From: Rhizodiscina lignyota
Taxonomy: Eukaryota
Length of the DNA: 64,000 nt
Reading direction: 5' to 3'
NCBI GenBank assembly: GCA_010015805.1
Contig: ML978133.1
Span: 434,001-498,000, forward strand
Shown here: positions 12,364-26,288 of the stretch, piece by piece
Position numbering within the stretch: the first letter of the stretch is position 1
How the letters are laid out: each line of letters starts with the position of its first letter
Position numbers and translations under genes: made by a program
The notes under the pieces: generated by a model
Database searches by the model: none
What the model was told of the DNA's origin: nothing
The model's input: the letters and a program-made list of their open reading frames with translations, nothing else

Positions 12364-15300
12364 ATGGACCCTGTTTCAGCTCTTGGTGTTGCAGCAGCGG
12401 CCGTCCAGTTCGTTGAATTCAGCGGCAGCACCGTGAAGACCATTGTCAAAAATTATCGTTCTTTCGGAGCTCAAGGCTTCCTGGATGACTTTCAGCACCT
12501 GAAAAGACAAGCTGAACTTCTAAAGTCTTCTAATCTGCGCCTTAGACGAGCACTGGATGTAAAAGTTTTAAGAAGACAGCCAAATGAGTCCGAGAGGGAT
12601 TTGCTCTCCGTTTCTGAGCAAGCCATCGAAGTCGCCTCAGAAATTCTAAAAGCTCTTGCTGGATTCGATCTTGATTCCGACGACTCAAAAATCAAGGCCA
12701 TACGTAATGCAATCAAAGCAACATGGGATAAGCGGAAGTGGGAGTCACTAGAGAAGCGGTTGTCGGAATCGCGTTCTCAGTTGGCATCTGCTGTTTTGCT
12801 CGGTCTCCGGTAAAAGTCTTCCAAACAAGTACTTCAAGCAGACAGCTGATCGACTCAACGTATAGAGACGAAGTGAGCCAGATTGCTCAAGACATCACCG
12901 CTGTGCGAGACGGGAGCAACGCGTTGTGGAATGGGTCTCTGAACGTTGGAGAAGAAATCATGGAGCAACTCAAGCAAGTGACACAATGGCAGCAAAATCT
13001 GGATACGGCTTTTCAGGAGATGAAGTCCAAGAATATGCCGATGGAGCACATTCTACCAGTCCTTGACGAGGCGCCGTCCAACAAACACGATAGAGCTGAT
13101 TTATTCGCCCTCACACCTCTCACGACAACTCTGATGGATAGGCTTCTGCTCAGCCTGGACTTTCCAAGCATTAACACAAGACAACAGCGCATAGCACACC
13201 CCCATACTAAGACGTTCAAGTGGATATTCAGCCGAAGGTCAGGTTATAAGACATGGTCAAACTTTGCGTCATGGCTTCAGTCTGGTAGTGGTCTCTACTG
13301 GATTACAGGCAAGGCAGGCTCCGGAAAGAGCACACTAATGAAGTTTATCGTACACCACCCAAGGACTAAAACTCTACTTGCCTCGTGGGCTGGGGGTTCC
13401 CCCCCGATTGTCGCTTCTTTCTACTTCTGGCATGCAGGGAACATGATGCAAACATCCCAAGAGGGCCTTCTGCAAACACTCCTATACCAGGCGATAAGTC
13501 AATACCGAATCCTGGCACCGGAGAAGCGTCCTGGACGATGGGCATCTTTCTCACTTTCGAGAGATTTCAATGAGGCCTGGAAATGGCCGGAGCTGGAGAA
13601 GGCCTTCAGATTCTTGCTCGAGGAGCAAGCGCCGTTTCTGAAGTTTTGTTTTCTGATTGATGGTCTGGACGAGTTCAAGGGAGAACTTCAAACCCTTTTA
13701 TCCCTGGTCAAGCGCATCTCTCAGTATCCGAATGTCAAGATATGTGTGTCAAGCAGGCCATGGATGATATTCGAAGATACGTTTCAAGCAAAACCCCAGC
13801 TTATGTTGCAGGACCTAACGCTCCCTGATATAAGAATATATGTCAACGACAATTTGACTCAAACTCCCGGATTCATGGAACTGCGCTGCATGGACGAACA
13901 GTACGCAGCATCTCTGGTCGAAAATATCGCAACAAAAGCGTCAGGAGTCTTTCTTTGGGTTGTGCTGGTTGTAAAGTCACTTCTCGAGGGCTTAAGAGAT
14001 GGCGACCACTTGTCCGACTTGCAAAGAAGACTGGATGAGCTCCCGGAGGAATTGGACGATCTCTTCCGAAGGATACTGCACAATTTTGATACTCGCTATT
14101 TCCGGGACGCATCGGTCTTGTTCCAGCTAGTCAAAGCCTCAGTTTCCCCGCCAACCCTGCTGGCTTTATCCTTTGCTGAGCAGACAAATGAGGATCTTGC
14201 AATCGAGGCAGAGATGAAGCCCCTGACCAGCAATGAGAAATTTTACAGATCTTTGACCATGAGACGACGACTCGATAGCAGATGCAGAGGCCTTCTCGAA
14301 ACCGAGGTTCACGATGACTGGACTGAGGACGATGGTTGGCTTCCAATGAACGAGGACGATGGCTGCCTTCCGATGAACGAGGTCAACAAAGAAGCTCCTG
14401 GGGAAAGAAGAGCCAGGATTTTGAGAGACATGAGCAAACTAGGCCTTAAAGACGCAGATATCCTTGCTAAATCAAAAGTCGACTTCCTACACAGGACTGT
14501 GTCGGAGTTCCTTGAGAGGGCCGACATCTGGGAAAAGTTCCTTGCCGCAACTGACAATTCCTTCAAGCCGTTCGCTGCACTAGCACAATCGTGGCTTCTC
14601 CAACTCAAGAGGGTATATACTGATCCGTTCTTTGACAGCGCCAAGTTTCTGTGGGGTGCTGTTTATGGCGTTCTTGAGTACGCTGGAAAATCAGACACAC
14701 AGGAAATAGTTTCGCAGACGCGCTTGCTTGATGAACTTGACCGTTGTGCAGGGAAGGCTTTCACCGAAAAGCGAGGGCCTGAAAGGATTAGTGTCATGCA
14801 GAAGCAGTTAGGTCACAACTCATCTCACTGGGCTGCTACGACATCGTTTGTAGAAGGTCCAGGGTACACGGACTTTTTAGATGTCGTAATAAGATGCGGG
14901 CTTGCAAGATATGTCCATGAAAAACTAATGAAAGACCCGCCATACATGAGAAGACTCCGGTCGTTTTTCATAGTTGCTCTTGTTGGGTACCCGTTCGCAT
15001 TTGCAAAAGATGATGGATCAACATTTCGTCGTCCCAGGCCGAGCATCGAGATTGTCCGGGTCCTAATGGACCACAGCGAACTCTCGGAGACAACTAAGTC
15101 AAAGTGGTACCAAAAAGCGAGAGCACTCGGACACCCAGCAAGTGATGTTCCTCCCGCCCTGAGCATCGGACAGGAATTCGATCAGGACATTGCACCGAAG
15201 AATCAGTCTAATCAGCAAAAGCCTAAAACTCAACAATCTGCTAGGACGATTCCCCAAAACACAGCAAATGGCTCACTCGAGAGTGATTCCACAGCCTATT

Positions 15301-15398
15301 CATTAGAGACCACTTCACCGACCCAACAAGCACCGAAAGAGAGACAAATCAGATATTGGGAGAAGCTTCTTTTCTGGACGAAGCCATCGCATCCCTGA
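12364..15398 (+). CDS. NACHT/STAND NTPase (fungal NLR-like) with an N-terminal helical SesA/HeLo-like domain
   Basis: N-terminus MDPVSALGVAAAAVQFVEF; Walker A WITGKAGSGKSTLMK; Walker B FLIDGLDE; KICVSSRPW; KASGVFLWV; DFLHRTVSEFL; intron 12810-12865. Confidence 0.9.
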
Positions 15399-15519
15399 GC
15401 GTTGTCGATGCATCTCAAAACTTCTAGCGTGATAGCGTAGCTTATTTACAAGATACATTAAAGACGGTTTGCCAAACTCCTGAGCGCTATTCCCATACTA
15501 GACATCTCTATGACCGCAA

Positions 15520-16917
15520 TCATGAAATCTCAAACTCGTAAAAGACGTATGCCGTGTAGTCTTCGCCTGCGTGGCCCGCGGCCTGCATATCATTCGACAC
15601 TGAGCTGTCGTCTTGCATGATTCTTCCTTTCTTGTCGCGGCCCAGAGCATTGCCTGCAAGGTATGAATAGCGAGCATCTAGGGACGACTTGGCTTTTTTG
15701 GCCAGTTTTGGAGTTGTCTGTATGTGTGTCAGTTGAGCGTATCTGCCAATTGAGCTCGCTCCATACAAGTATATGTATGGAGTTCAGCTTGAAGAAAGGA
15801 ATAAACCGCAAAACTCACCTGAATAAGTCCACAGACGTACTCCAACGGCAACCCATATCTCAGCACCGTCTCTACGAACACTCGCAGCGCAAGGACATGC
15901 ACCCAGACCATGGCACCTTCGCTATATCCTGTCCGTCCCATTCTCAGCGCCTCTCCCCAAACCTTCCTCTCCTCTCCACCCAACTTTTCCACTTCCTTCG
16001 CCTCCTCCTCCTTACCGCCCTCCTTGTACTTGTAGTCCCTCGGCGTCCACCTCTTCTCCCTGCATTTATGCACAAATTCGGCAGAGTGCTTCTTGAACGT
16101 CACCACTGCGAACAGTGTAAACTCGTCGTCCTTGGCGACCTGTATCGAGCTGCGCGGGACGACCATGGGCGAGAGAGTCTCGTACGAGCGCAGATAATCC
16201 TTCACCATTTGGTTGGGAACGGCGATTAGGTGCGTTTCGAGATACTCTGAGTCTTGGATGAGGGTCTGGGGCGAGACGATCGAGGTGAGAGAGCGGGTGG
16301 AGAGGTTGCCGGTCTGTTTACGCTGCGAGGCTGCTAGGTTGGTCTTGATTTGGTTGTATTGGCTGAATTTGGCTTTGACGTCGTTGTCGAGGCTTGTTAT
16401 TTCCTTGGGAAGGGCGGGTTAGGGAACCGTCCAACTGTGAGGCTGTTGTGGAGATGTACCTTCTGTAACGAGTCTATAAGCTCTGCAATTGATTTGTCCG
16501 CTCTGTATTTTACTTTGTTCCATTGGAACGTTCGTAGGTACTGGTCCACTGGCTCTGAAGTACTGGTAAGCATGACTCCTGCTAGAAGCATGTCCCGTAT
16601 GAGCCGAATGCCTTACTGTCGTTGATAGTCTTCTGTTGTTCAATCTTCTCTTCGTCCCCATCCAAGATTCCCCTCAGGCTGTCGCCAACCTTGCTAACCA
16701 CGCCCTCGCATGACGAACTGAGCTTCGCGAGTTCATCTGCTTGCTGTATGAGCGCATCGACTGTTCCTATCTTGAACTCGGGTATCGAGAATGGATAGGT
16801 CGTCCCGTAGTCGCTTGAGATGGACGCCTTAAGAGCTTGTAGCGCTTCCTCATGGTCTCTGGAGGGTGATATGTGCGTCGGCAGAGAGACCAAGAGGTAC
16901 ATAGCCGGGTTCGACAT
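15520..16917 (-). CDS. VMA5: V-type ATPase subunit C
   Basis: FSIPEFKIGTVDAL, FQWNKVKYRADK, RVFVETVLRYGLP and a C-terminal YVFYEFE; three introns. Confidence 0.95.
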
Positions 16918-17069
16918 GATGGCGGGGGAGGAGACGTCGCAATTGTAAGTCTGCCTTGGATGCCGGAGCTATCATCGAGCTTGATGCTGGAGCTTGAAGA
17001 GCGGATAGGGTCCGTGCCCAGCGGCGTCATTTTTGGCATCCGTTCGACAGCCCCGCCATCTTTTCAACA

Positions 17070-18539
17070 ATGTCGTCCAAGAGAGCAGCATTGAGGGCCT
17101 GGACGGTGTGTAACCGTCCAAATTTACAATCTGGAAGTCGTGGCTATTGCAATGTAAGAGCATTGGGATCAAATCAATTGCGTGTCATCAGTTCCAGTGG
17201 CGCTGCGAGGGCAATATCAGGGGAGCAGCAAAAATCGAAGCTTGCACTTCAATGTCAGGTACAGAGACGAGAATGGCCGAGAAGTTATGCGACATCCAAA
17301 GAGCAGTTGAGGAAGACGGCATTGTATGACCTTCATTTGAAACATGGCGGAAAGATGGTGCCTTTTGGCGGCTTCTACATGCCCGTCCAATACAGCGATC
17401 TTGGGATTGGAGACTCGCACAAATGGACGCGAGAGAAGGCTAGTTTGTTTGATGTTAGCCACATGTATGCTACCACCCTCTCGTCTCTTCTAATTCATAA
17501 TTAACAACCCTATACAAGGCTGCAACATTCGCTGTCTGGCCCCGGAGCTGCTGCTCTCCTCAAACAGATCACTCCATCATCGATCGACAGCCTGGAAGAG
17601 AATCATTCCACTTTATCATGCCTGCTCCATCCAACTGGCGGAATCGTTGATGACACTGTTATCACTCGCCTAGGCCAGGCGGAATTCTACTTTGTCACCA
17701 ATGCCGGATGCCGTGATAAGGACTGCGAATTCCTCGCCTCGGAAATCTCTCACTTCACGAAGGAGCACCCTGAACTACCGGTACACTGGGAGACCCTCGA
17801 TGATCGCGGATTAGTTGCTCTGCAAGGACCTTTGGCTGCCGACATTCTCACGGCAGTGCTTGCCAATCCGGAGAAGGACGACCTGTCAAAGTTGTATTTT
17901 GGTCAGTGCAAGAATATCGCAATACGCTTGGCCTCAGGATCTACTGTCGACGTCATGGCCTCTCGTGGCGGGTACACCGGCGAAGATGGATTTGAGCTTA
18001 GCATCCCTAACTCTGATGCTACGGTAGACGTCACTGAGACGCTGCTGCAGTCGGCCGGGGAAGATAAGCTTCGCCTTGCCGGCCTCGGTGCGCGAGACAG
18101 TCTCAGGCTTGAAGCCGGCATGTGCCTCTACGGCCACGACATAGACGACTCCACGACTCCAGCCGAGGCCGCGCTAGGCTGGGTCGTTGCGAAAGACCGC
18201 CGTACCGATGGGGGTTTCCACGGCGCCGATAAGATCGTCGCACAGCTGAAGCCAAAGAGCAAGGGCGGCGCGGGTGTAGAGCGACGGCGAGTTGGATTTA
18301 CAGTGGAAGTGGCGCCTGCTAGAGAAGGGGCCGAAATTCTGGACGCGGAAGGTAATGTTGTAGGCAAGGTAACAAGTGGCTGCCCAAGCCCAAGCACGGG
18401 GAAGAATGTTGCCATGGGCTATGTGAAGGATGGGCTGCACAAGGCCGGGACGGAGCTGTGGGCAGTGGTTCGTGGGAAGAAGAGGAAAGCGATTGTGACG
18501 AAGATGCCGTTTGTAGAGACAAAGTATTACAAGTCGTGA
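17070..18539 (+). CDS. GCV1: Glycine cleavage system T protein (aminomethyltransferase), mitochondrial
   Basis: [53 protein letters not shown] and VTSGCPSP; intron 17465-17518; Arg/Ser-rich presequence. Confidence 0.96.
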
Positions 18540-20117
18540 CAAGGTTGAATGGTCTAATATATTTGTTTCAGCGTCAAAATTTTATGTACTCTGCGTACGA
18601 CGCCGTGAAAATGAAGTCGGAGTATTGATTTGTCAAAGACTCTCGATCAAATTGTGTCGAGAAGATTTACCAAACGAGGGTATATTATCCCAGCTGAGGA
18701 TCTCGTCTGAATGAGATTCGCAGAAAATGAATGAGATAATCTGATAGACGATAACATAACTACTAGAGATGGCCATTCCCGTTTTCGAACAAGCTGTTTT
18801 ATTCTGCTCTCTTATGAAACACAATGGCTGACAAAGGGTCTTGGTTTTGGTCGTTGAAGATGATTATGGGAGTCGACGTAAGCAAGGGTAAAGATACCGT
18901 CCCGGGCCACCTGGGGGTGAGAATGACGCACAATGACAGCTATTATAGTGCTTACTGGAGGAGACAGAGAGATTAAGCATATTTTCGAAGCGATATAAAG
19001 GGGACTGCCATGCTCTTTGATTATAACTTCTCAGCTCCCGCGCAACGCCGTAAAGACTACCGCAATCCTTCCATCACCAGGTACAGAGCAGGGTTGGAGC
19101 CGATCAGAAATCCATATAATCGACAAGAGTCTCTGACATTTAATAGATAAAACCAAATGGCTAGAAGCAGAACTGCTGCAGTTTGTCCTTGACGTACTCG
19201 ACGATGCCGTGCCTCAACTTGGAGGATCTGCTTGACTTGCTTCTGCTACCGAGGAAGAATGATTGGTCTGGATTCAGATCTCAAGTTCAGATCTTATTCG
19301 TCAACGCAGGCACGTCTATCGTTCAACATCAGCGCTCCGGTATGTTCTTGATATAAATGCTGGACGTGGGTCTTCGAGTCGCTGATTCTCTATCATGGCA
19401 TGCATTTCCTTCCTGCACAGTCCACGAAACTAGCCATTGTTGCTGTCTGCTTCTCGCATGTTTCCCCTCTTTTAGCGTCCTGCAAAAGGTAACTGTACCG
19501 AGCTTTTTAAACCCGGCCAAGAATCACTCAACAGTCAGGAGGTATGAAGCCAAGAGGAAAGTCGGCGCACTTACTCTCTTGAGAGACATGCAGCAGGACG
19601 GACGAATGTTCAATTCATTCAGCTTTAGCTCTGGATCCAGTTCTTGTCCCTCGGCCAAAAGCTATCCAGGATCGTCAATGGACGTGTCAAATCCAGCTAT
19701 CCGATTGAAGCAAAGCTTCGCCGGCCGAAAACAGTTGATAATCAAAGCCTCGGGAATGAGACCCTGATCCAAGAAACGCCACGGCTCTAAAATTGCCCCG
19801 CGTTTTGAGGTGTGCAGCATGGGGAGAGCTCCGTGAAAGGCTGGAGTAGTTCCACAATGGTTCCACATACGCGGCTCGGGCCCGCTGTTACTCGGCATGG
19901 TAAATGCTCCTGCCAACGATGCGTGGCCGCGCTGTGCAGCTTCCGCTAAGTATTTCATCATTCCACGGGCCCACTTCTTCTTGTCTCCGACTCGTATCTC
20001 TTTCTTGGTGGAGGCAGCAGCAGGTTACCCGGTCCTTCCTTTGAACCGCGGCCCCTTTGCAACCCCAGACCCCTTCTGCTGTAGGTACCTATAAAAGTCT
20101 CCGTTTAGCTTTTCGTC

Positions 20118-22171
20118 ATGTCAAAGCCTACTCCCCAAAACCCCCCAGAGATGGCAAAAACGGCGCAGCATCCGGAGTACAAGGCTCATGGAGCCATACG
20201 GCGCGTCAATGGATACAATGCTGACGCGTACACTTACTACCCTGTCGTGGTTATTGGAGCTGGAGAGAGTGGTATTGCCATGGGTGCACAATTGAGAGAA
20301 AAGCTTGGGTTCGACCAATTCCGGATATTCGACAAGCAGGCAGGAATTGGAGGGACCTGGTGGATCAATAGATACCCAGGTATTGCTTGTGATGTGTAAG
20401 TTCGTGAGAGATTAGCTTTATGCATATATCCACTGACTACGCCATAGTCCCGCAGTGTTCTATAGCTTCTCATTCAGCCCCAACCCACAATGGACATCAC
20501 TCTACCCTTCTGGCCCTGAAATCGTTCAATACCTCCAGTCCGTCTGTGAGAAGTTTGAAATCACCGACAAAATACAGCTCAACACCGAGGTGCAAGGATG
20601 CCGATGGTTGGAAGACGAGGAGCTTTGGGAGGTTCAGCTCCGATATCTTGTGCCAGGGACAGGTGACCTGAGTGAGAAGGACCGACAGAGTATCATCGAA
20701 GAGCAGGGAGAAAGAGGTGTATATACCGCGACTGAAAGGATCAAGGCGAAGATTGTAGTGAGCTGTGTTGGCGGATTGGTGGAACCGAGGGAGCCCCCTC
20801 CCAAAATTCCTGGCTGGGATAATTTCAAGGGCGAGGTCTTCCATTCCGCCCGATGGAGACAAGACATCGATTTCAAAGATAAGGATGTCGTTGTGGTAGG
20901 CACTGGATGTAGCGCTGCCCAGCTTGTTCCAAAGATAACGAAGGCACCTTACAACGCAAAATCGGTCACTCAGCTCATGCGCTCACCTCCGTGGGTCTGC
21001 CCGAAGATTGTTCCACCTGGAGGTGAGAACAGCTTCGGTAAATGGGCACCAACGATCTTCACCTACGTCCCGGGTGCGTTGAGATTTGTGCGTATGATGC
21101 TCTTCTTGGGAGGCGAGTACGAATTCCAGATGTTCGGAGGAGAGCAGAAGCACGCGGAATTTCGCAAGAAGACCGAGAAAGGGCTTCTGAAGCACATGAA
21201 GGCGCAAGTCCCAGAAAAATACTACGAGGTCCTCACACCAGATTACGGCGTGGGCTGCAAGCGACGCATCTTTGACTATGAGTGGCTCCGAAGCCTGCAT
21301 GATCCTCAGATCGAGCTGACTACGCTTCCATTGACTGAAGTCCATGAGCATAGCGTCACGTTGGGCCCAGGCAGATGCTATCCGGACCCGAAGAATGTTG
21401 AATCGAGCGTGCCGATGGAGAAGCGAGAGGCCCCTGCCGACGTAATCATTCTAGCAAACGGCTTCAACACGACACAATGGTTCCATCCCCTAGACATCAA
21501 GGGTCGAGGCGGAAAGGACCTGATTGAAACGATGGAAGAACGCGGTGGTCCACAGGCGTATCTTGGAATCGCCCTGGACAACTTCCCCAATTTCTTTGCC
21601 ATCTTCGGTCCAAACACTGCCACTGGGCACAGCTCCGTGATTCTGGCGACTGAGAACACGGTGCAGTACTCTCTGAAGTGCATGAAGCCGGTCCTGAGAG
21701 GCGATGCCACCACCGCCGAGGTTAAGAAAGAGGCAGAAATTGCATACACGCAAGATATCCAAAAAGCTCTCAAGAATACGGTATTCCAGAATGGTGGATG
21801 CTCGAGCTGGTACTTCAGAGAAGACGGATGGAACTCGACAGTCTTGCCGTAAGTTCGCCTTCTGCTCAAGTCGAGACGATGTGCAAGCTAACTGGTGCTA
21901 CAGCTATTCGCAATTCTGGGCATGTTACCGATATGCGTTCCCATATTGGTCGCACTGGAATTTCACATATACGAAACAGGGAAAGAGACGGATGGCGATA
22001 AGGCGCGCCCTGAGGATATTCGCCCTCAGCGCAGTGCTCTTTGGACTGATCCGAGCGCGACGGAGAGGCGTCACTTGGGAAGACGTCAAGTTCTCTCTCC
22101 AGGTCTCTGCTGGGCAGGTCCTGCATGCCGTCGAGGCGGGATTGCAATCCGTCAAGAATGCGATCTTGTAA
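20118..22171 (+). CDS. Flavin-binding Baeyer-Villiger-type monooxygenase
   Basis: GAGESG FAD motif, GGTWWINRYPGIACDVP, BVMO fingerprint FKGEVFHSARW and GTGCSA; introns 20396-20447 and 21849-21903. Confidence 0.92.
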
Positions 22172-22537
22172 TTCTATTTGGGGAGTAATGATCTGAGAAT
22201 ATTACGATGCGCTATCGGCGATGGATGCTTTGACGAACGGCCTCTCCACTGTATTCCATATTTAATTAGCGCGGTGTCAGCAATAGACTGGCTTGTGAAG
22301 GATTTTACGTCGCTTCATCAATCACTTCTATTTAAGGTTTTTAATGTGCAGACTCCATTGTAGTCCATCGCTGGTGATTAAGCGGTAAACACGCACGCCA
22401 AGCTTATCGATAGCGCTTGGCGCGGCTACGCCTGTGAGGGCTGCTTAATCACTTCTACCTCCGTCTTTGTTGTTCGAAACAAAAGCTCTAAATAAACATC
22501 AGAAACCCTTCTTACCTCCGACATACACTCTATCACC

Positions 22538-22956
22538 ATGTCTGCATCCGCACAAGGTTCCTCGGAAACCACGAAAGCCGTCACAGACGACACCCAGTAC
22601 GATCAAAGCGGCGCGCCGAAAGATCAACAGAAAGCGGCGGCGGAGCTGGGCGAGGACGATGAGTTCGAAGACTTCCCGGCCGAAGGTACGTCTGAGAATA
22701 CAAATGCAGGAGATTAAGCGCTTGGTCGATTGCTAAAATCAGGTAACCCTGCAGACTGGGCGAAAGAAGATACCGAACTGCCTGGCGGCAACCAGCACTT
22801 GTGGGAGGAGAGCTGGGACGACGATGATACGAGCGACGACTTCTCGGCGCAGTTGAAGTGAGTTTCTATACCTCGGCAACTCGGAAGTGGCAGTGATGGC
22901 TAACAGATGGGTATAGGGAGGAGTTGAAGAAGGTGGAGGCGAACAAGCGAAGCTGA
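22538..22956 (+). CDS. SEM1: Sem1/DSS1 proteasome lid subunit
   Basis: Missed by the ORF track. Exons 22538-22685, 22755-22857 and 22917-22956 give ...LGEDDEFEDFPAEDW...HLWEESWDDDDTSDDFSAQLKEELKKVE. Confidence 0.95.
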
Positions 22957-23247
22957 GGAAACGCGCATTGAGATCAGCCAGCGAAACTGCATATCCGGCG
23001 TTTAGGAAGGCATCACGATCGCACGCTTTAGATTAGGGCTTCACGAGCGCTAGAGCATATATCAAAGCCTGTGAAGATATCCAAATATTTACAACTTTTC
23101 GTGCCCTACTCTCATTCTACCTGACGTGGCGCGAGGAGAGAAAAAACCATCACAGTCGTAACGAAGCACTCGTCCCTTTAGCACCCTCAACAATCAGAGC
23201 TGTAGGCTAAAAACGCCGCGCAGTCCTCGAGACTCCGCATTGACATT

Positions 23248-24611
23248 CTACTTACTTGAGAGGGCCGAAACACCCGGCAGATCCTTGCCCTCGAGCAGCT
23301 CCAGCGAGGCACCACCGCCGGTCGACACGTGGCTCAGCTTGTCCTCGACGCCGTACTTGGCCGCGACGGTTGCGGTATCGCCGCCACCGATGATGACGAT
23401 CTTGCCGCTCTGCGCCGCGGCGACAGCCGCGTCCATGGTCTGCTTCGTGCCGTTAGCGAAGGCGTCGAACTCGAAGACGCCCGGCGGGCCATTCCACAGG
23501 ATCGTCTTGGCCTCATCGATGGTCTTCTTGTACAGCTCGAGACTCTTCTCGCCGCAGTCGAGGCCCATCCAACCGTCGGGGATGCCGTCCTCATCAGTTG
23601 CGTAGCCGGTCTTAGCGTCGGGCGCAAACTTGTCGGCGGTGATGTAGTCGACAGGCAAGACGATCTTGACGCCGTTCTTCTCGGCCTTCTCGACGAGGTT
23701 CTTGACCGTCTTGCTGCCGGCCTCGTCGAACAAGCTGTTGCCAATCTTGACGCCGTACAGAGTCTTCTTGAACGTGAAGGCCATGCCGCCGCAGATGATG
23801 AGGGAGTTGACTTTGCCGAGGAGGTTGTCGATGAGCTGGATCTTATCCGAGACTTTAGCGCCACCGAGAATAGCGAGGAAGGGACGTTGTGGGTTCTCGA
23901 GGGCCTGGGCGAAGTAATCGAGCTCCTTCTTAACGAGGAAGCCTGATGCCTTTTGCGGGAGATCGACACCGACCATGGAGCTGTGTCCGCGATGAGCGGT
24001 GCCAAAGGCATCGTCTGCGACTCTCGTTAGACATGAAGCTGACCGTAGGAAAGACTATACATACTGATGTAGATATCTCCCAGTGCGGTCAAGCCTTTCC
24101 TGAACTCCGCTACGGCAGCCTTGTCAGCCTTGACCTTGTTGCCCTCTGCATCCTTGCTGCTGCCCTCCTCCTCTGCGTGGAATCTCAGGTTCTCCAACAG
24201 GATGACCTGGCCGTCCTTTGCACTGTTCACAGTATCCTCGACCTCCTTGCCGACGCAGTCGTGCGTGAAAGTGACGGATTTGCCGAGCAGCTTCTCGAGC
24301 TCAGGCACGACAGGCTTCAGGCTGTATTTGGGATTGGCCTTGCCATCCGGACGGCCGAGATGGGACATGAGGATGACCGCCTTTGCGCCATTCTCAATGG
24401 CATATTTGATTGTTGGGAGGGCGCCGACAATACGCTGGTTGTTTGTGACTTTCTTGTCTGCGTCGAGAGGGACATTGAAGTCAACCTAAAGATGCCGTGA
24501 GATCCCACTCCTTGATTACACTTATGAGGGAGAGAAGATGCATACGCGGATGAGGACGCGTTTGCCCTTCAAGTCGCAGTCCGTGATGGCTAGTTTGTTG
24601 GACAAGCTCAT
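23248..24611 (-). CDS. PGK1: Phosphoglycerate kinase
   Basis: [43 protein letters not shown] and [16 protein letters not shown]; two introns; strong codon bias. Confidence 0.98.
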
Positions 24612-25213
24612 TGTGCCGGTTGACGCTGAGACGCAGCTTAAAGTGTTCGATGCGTTTTGTGGTGCAATTGTTTGAGGGCAATGCAATTACTTCGCAATCT
24701 CGACAATTAGTTGGTAGTGGAAAAGAAAAGCTGAAAATGTTCGGACGCCGAAGCTCTTGGTTGACGTCGGTGTGGGGTGAGCTTGGGAATTTTTGGCGGG
24801 ACGGGATGGGATGGAGGGGTGGTCTGCATTCCTCTTAATACCCAATGACCTCCGTCATATTCCGACATGTAAACCTCCTCCCAGGGAGCTCATAATCCCG
24901 ATGCCTGTGATATTCCGGGCTGGAATTGAGTCTCCTGATTTAGACTGACAGGAACACAAAAGTGGCGTTGTTGCAGCGGCCAAGCCGAACTTGATGGAAG
25001 TAAGAATTGAATTCTCGAATGTAACCAGCGAGCGCCTATGTACACCAAGCCATACCCAGTCCAAGAAAGGTCGTTAAGCCAGCGCCGTACGATGCAATTG
25101 GCAATAGCTAATGTATGCCGTCACTCCAAACCCAGTTTGTATAACGCAGCAGGGTAGCAAGAACAGTTTCCACCATGAAGACCATTGAAGCAGTCGACGC
25201 CAAAACAAACGAT

Positions 25214-26288
25214 TTACTCCTCCTCCTCCTCCTCCTCAGACGCATTCGTGAGAGAGAGGTAAGCGGTCCAGGCGATACCAACAGTCGAAACAAATGGCTG
25301 CGAACCCGTTAGCATCCTGGTCTGAAATGGGATCCGGCTTAACTTACAATCTGGAACTGGATCGGAATGATTCTAAAGTTCAGGATCTGTACTGCAGGCC
25401 AGACCATGAAGTTTGCCTTCAATGCCGGAATATAAACGTCCTGGAACTTGCGAGCAACCGCACGCCTGCCTCCGCCCTCGGCAACAGTCATGAATGTGAA
25501 AAAGCATGCGAGGCCGAGGGGCGCAAAGAGGAACTGGTCGAATGCTACTCTCTTCATTGCTGGAATTGTGCCAGAGCCCTTCGTGATGGGGAAAGTGGCT
25601 GCGAGGAAGCTGAACCATCGGTGCTGGATCGGAGCCATGAGGAAACCGTACGCCATGAATCGCGTTAGGCGTTCGAAGTCGAAAGGTGGTGGTAACCTTA
25701 TGGATGCAGGAATGAGATCTTCGTCGGACAGAGGATTTCGCTTGTCGAGTTCGTGAATCTCGATAGCCCAGAAATCGTCCTTGTCAACGCCACCGGCCTT
25801 GCGCACGGCCTTTTGTCGTATCGCAGTCAGAGATTGCGCCACGGTGTCCGCAATACCACCTAGGACCTAGAATGACATCTTGTGAGTATATGTGACTCGT
25901 AGTTTGCTGCGAAGTTGGGTCGTATGCCCTTGATTGGGGGCTGGGGCTGGGAGGAATGTGGAAACGTACGGCGTTGGTTATCATTGTAGTAATTACTATT
26001 GAAGCAGCAATATTAGCTAGAGTCTCATGAATACCATAGCAGTACACTCACCTGGTCGGCTGGCATAGTAGGAGTTGAATCGGCGGATTAGGAGGGAGAC
26101 CATGGTCATCTGGAGGAAGAAGATAATACTGTGGAGTAGCGGCTGTCAAAACCAACGATGTTAGCATCGGAGCGCTTCATTCGACAGAAACGACTGTGGG
26201 GGGTCGGGTGGCAGCGTACAACTCGTCCATAGATGTAGCGGGTGTTGAGAGCCCTCAAAAGACGGCGACGCTGGTGTTCGATCGCCAT
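25214..26288 (-). CDS. Mpv17/PMP22 family membrane protein (YOR292C/Sym1-like)
   Basis: Five exons encoding FNSYYASRPVITTMITNAVLGGIADTVAQ, FDFERLTRF, KRVAFDQFLFAP, ANFMVWPAVQILNF and PFVSTVGIAWTAYLS. Confidence 0.88.

Noticed and set aside
16410..16425. GGGTTAGGG telomere-like motif
   Set aside because: A single short occurrence within a VMA5 intron; expected by chance.
23329..24500. Long antisense and alternative-frame ORFs over PGK1 (similarly over RLI1, SHE4 and the HAD gene)
   Set aside because: Expected shadows of strong GC3 codon bias.
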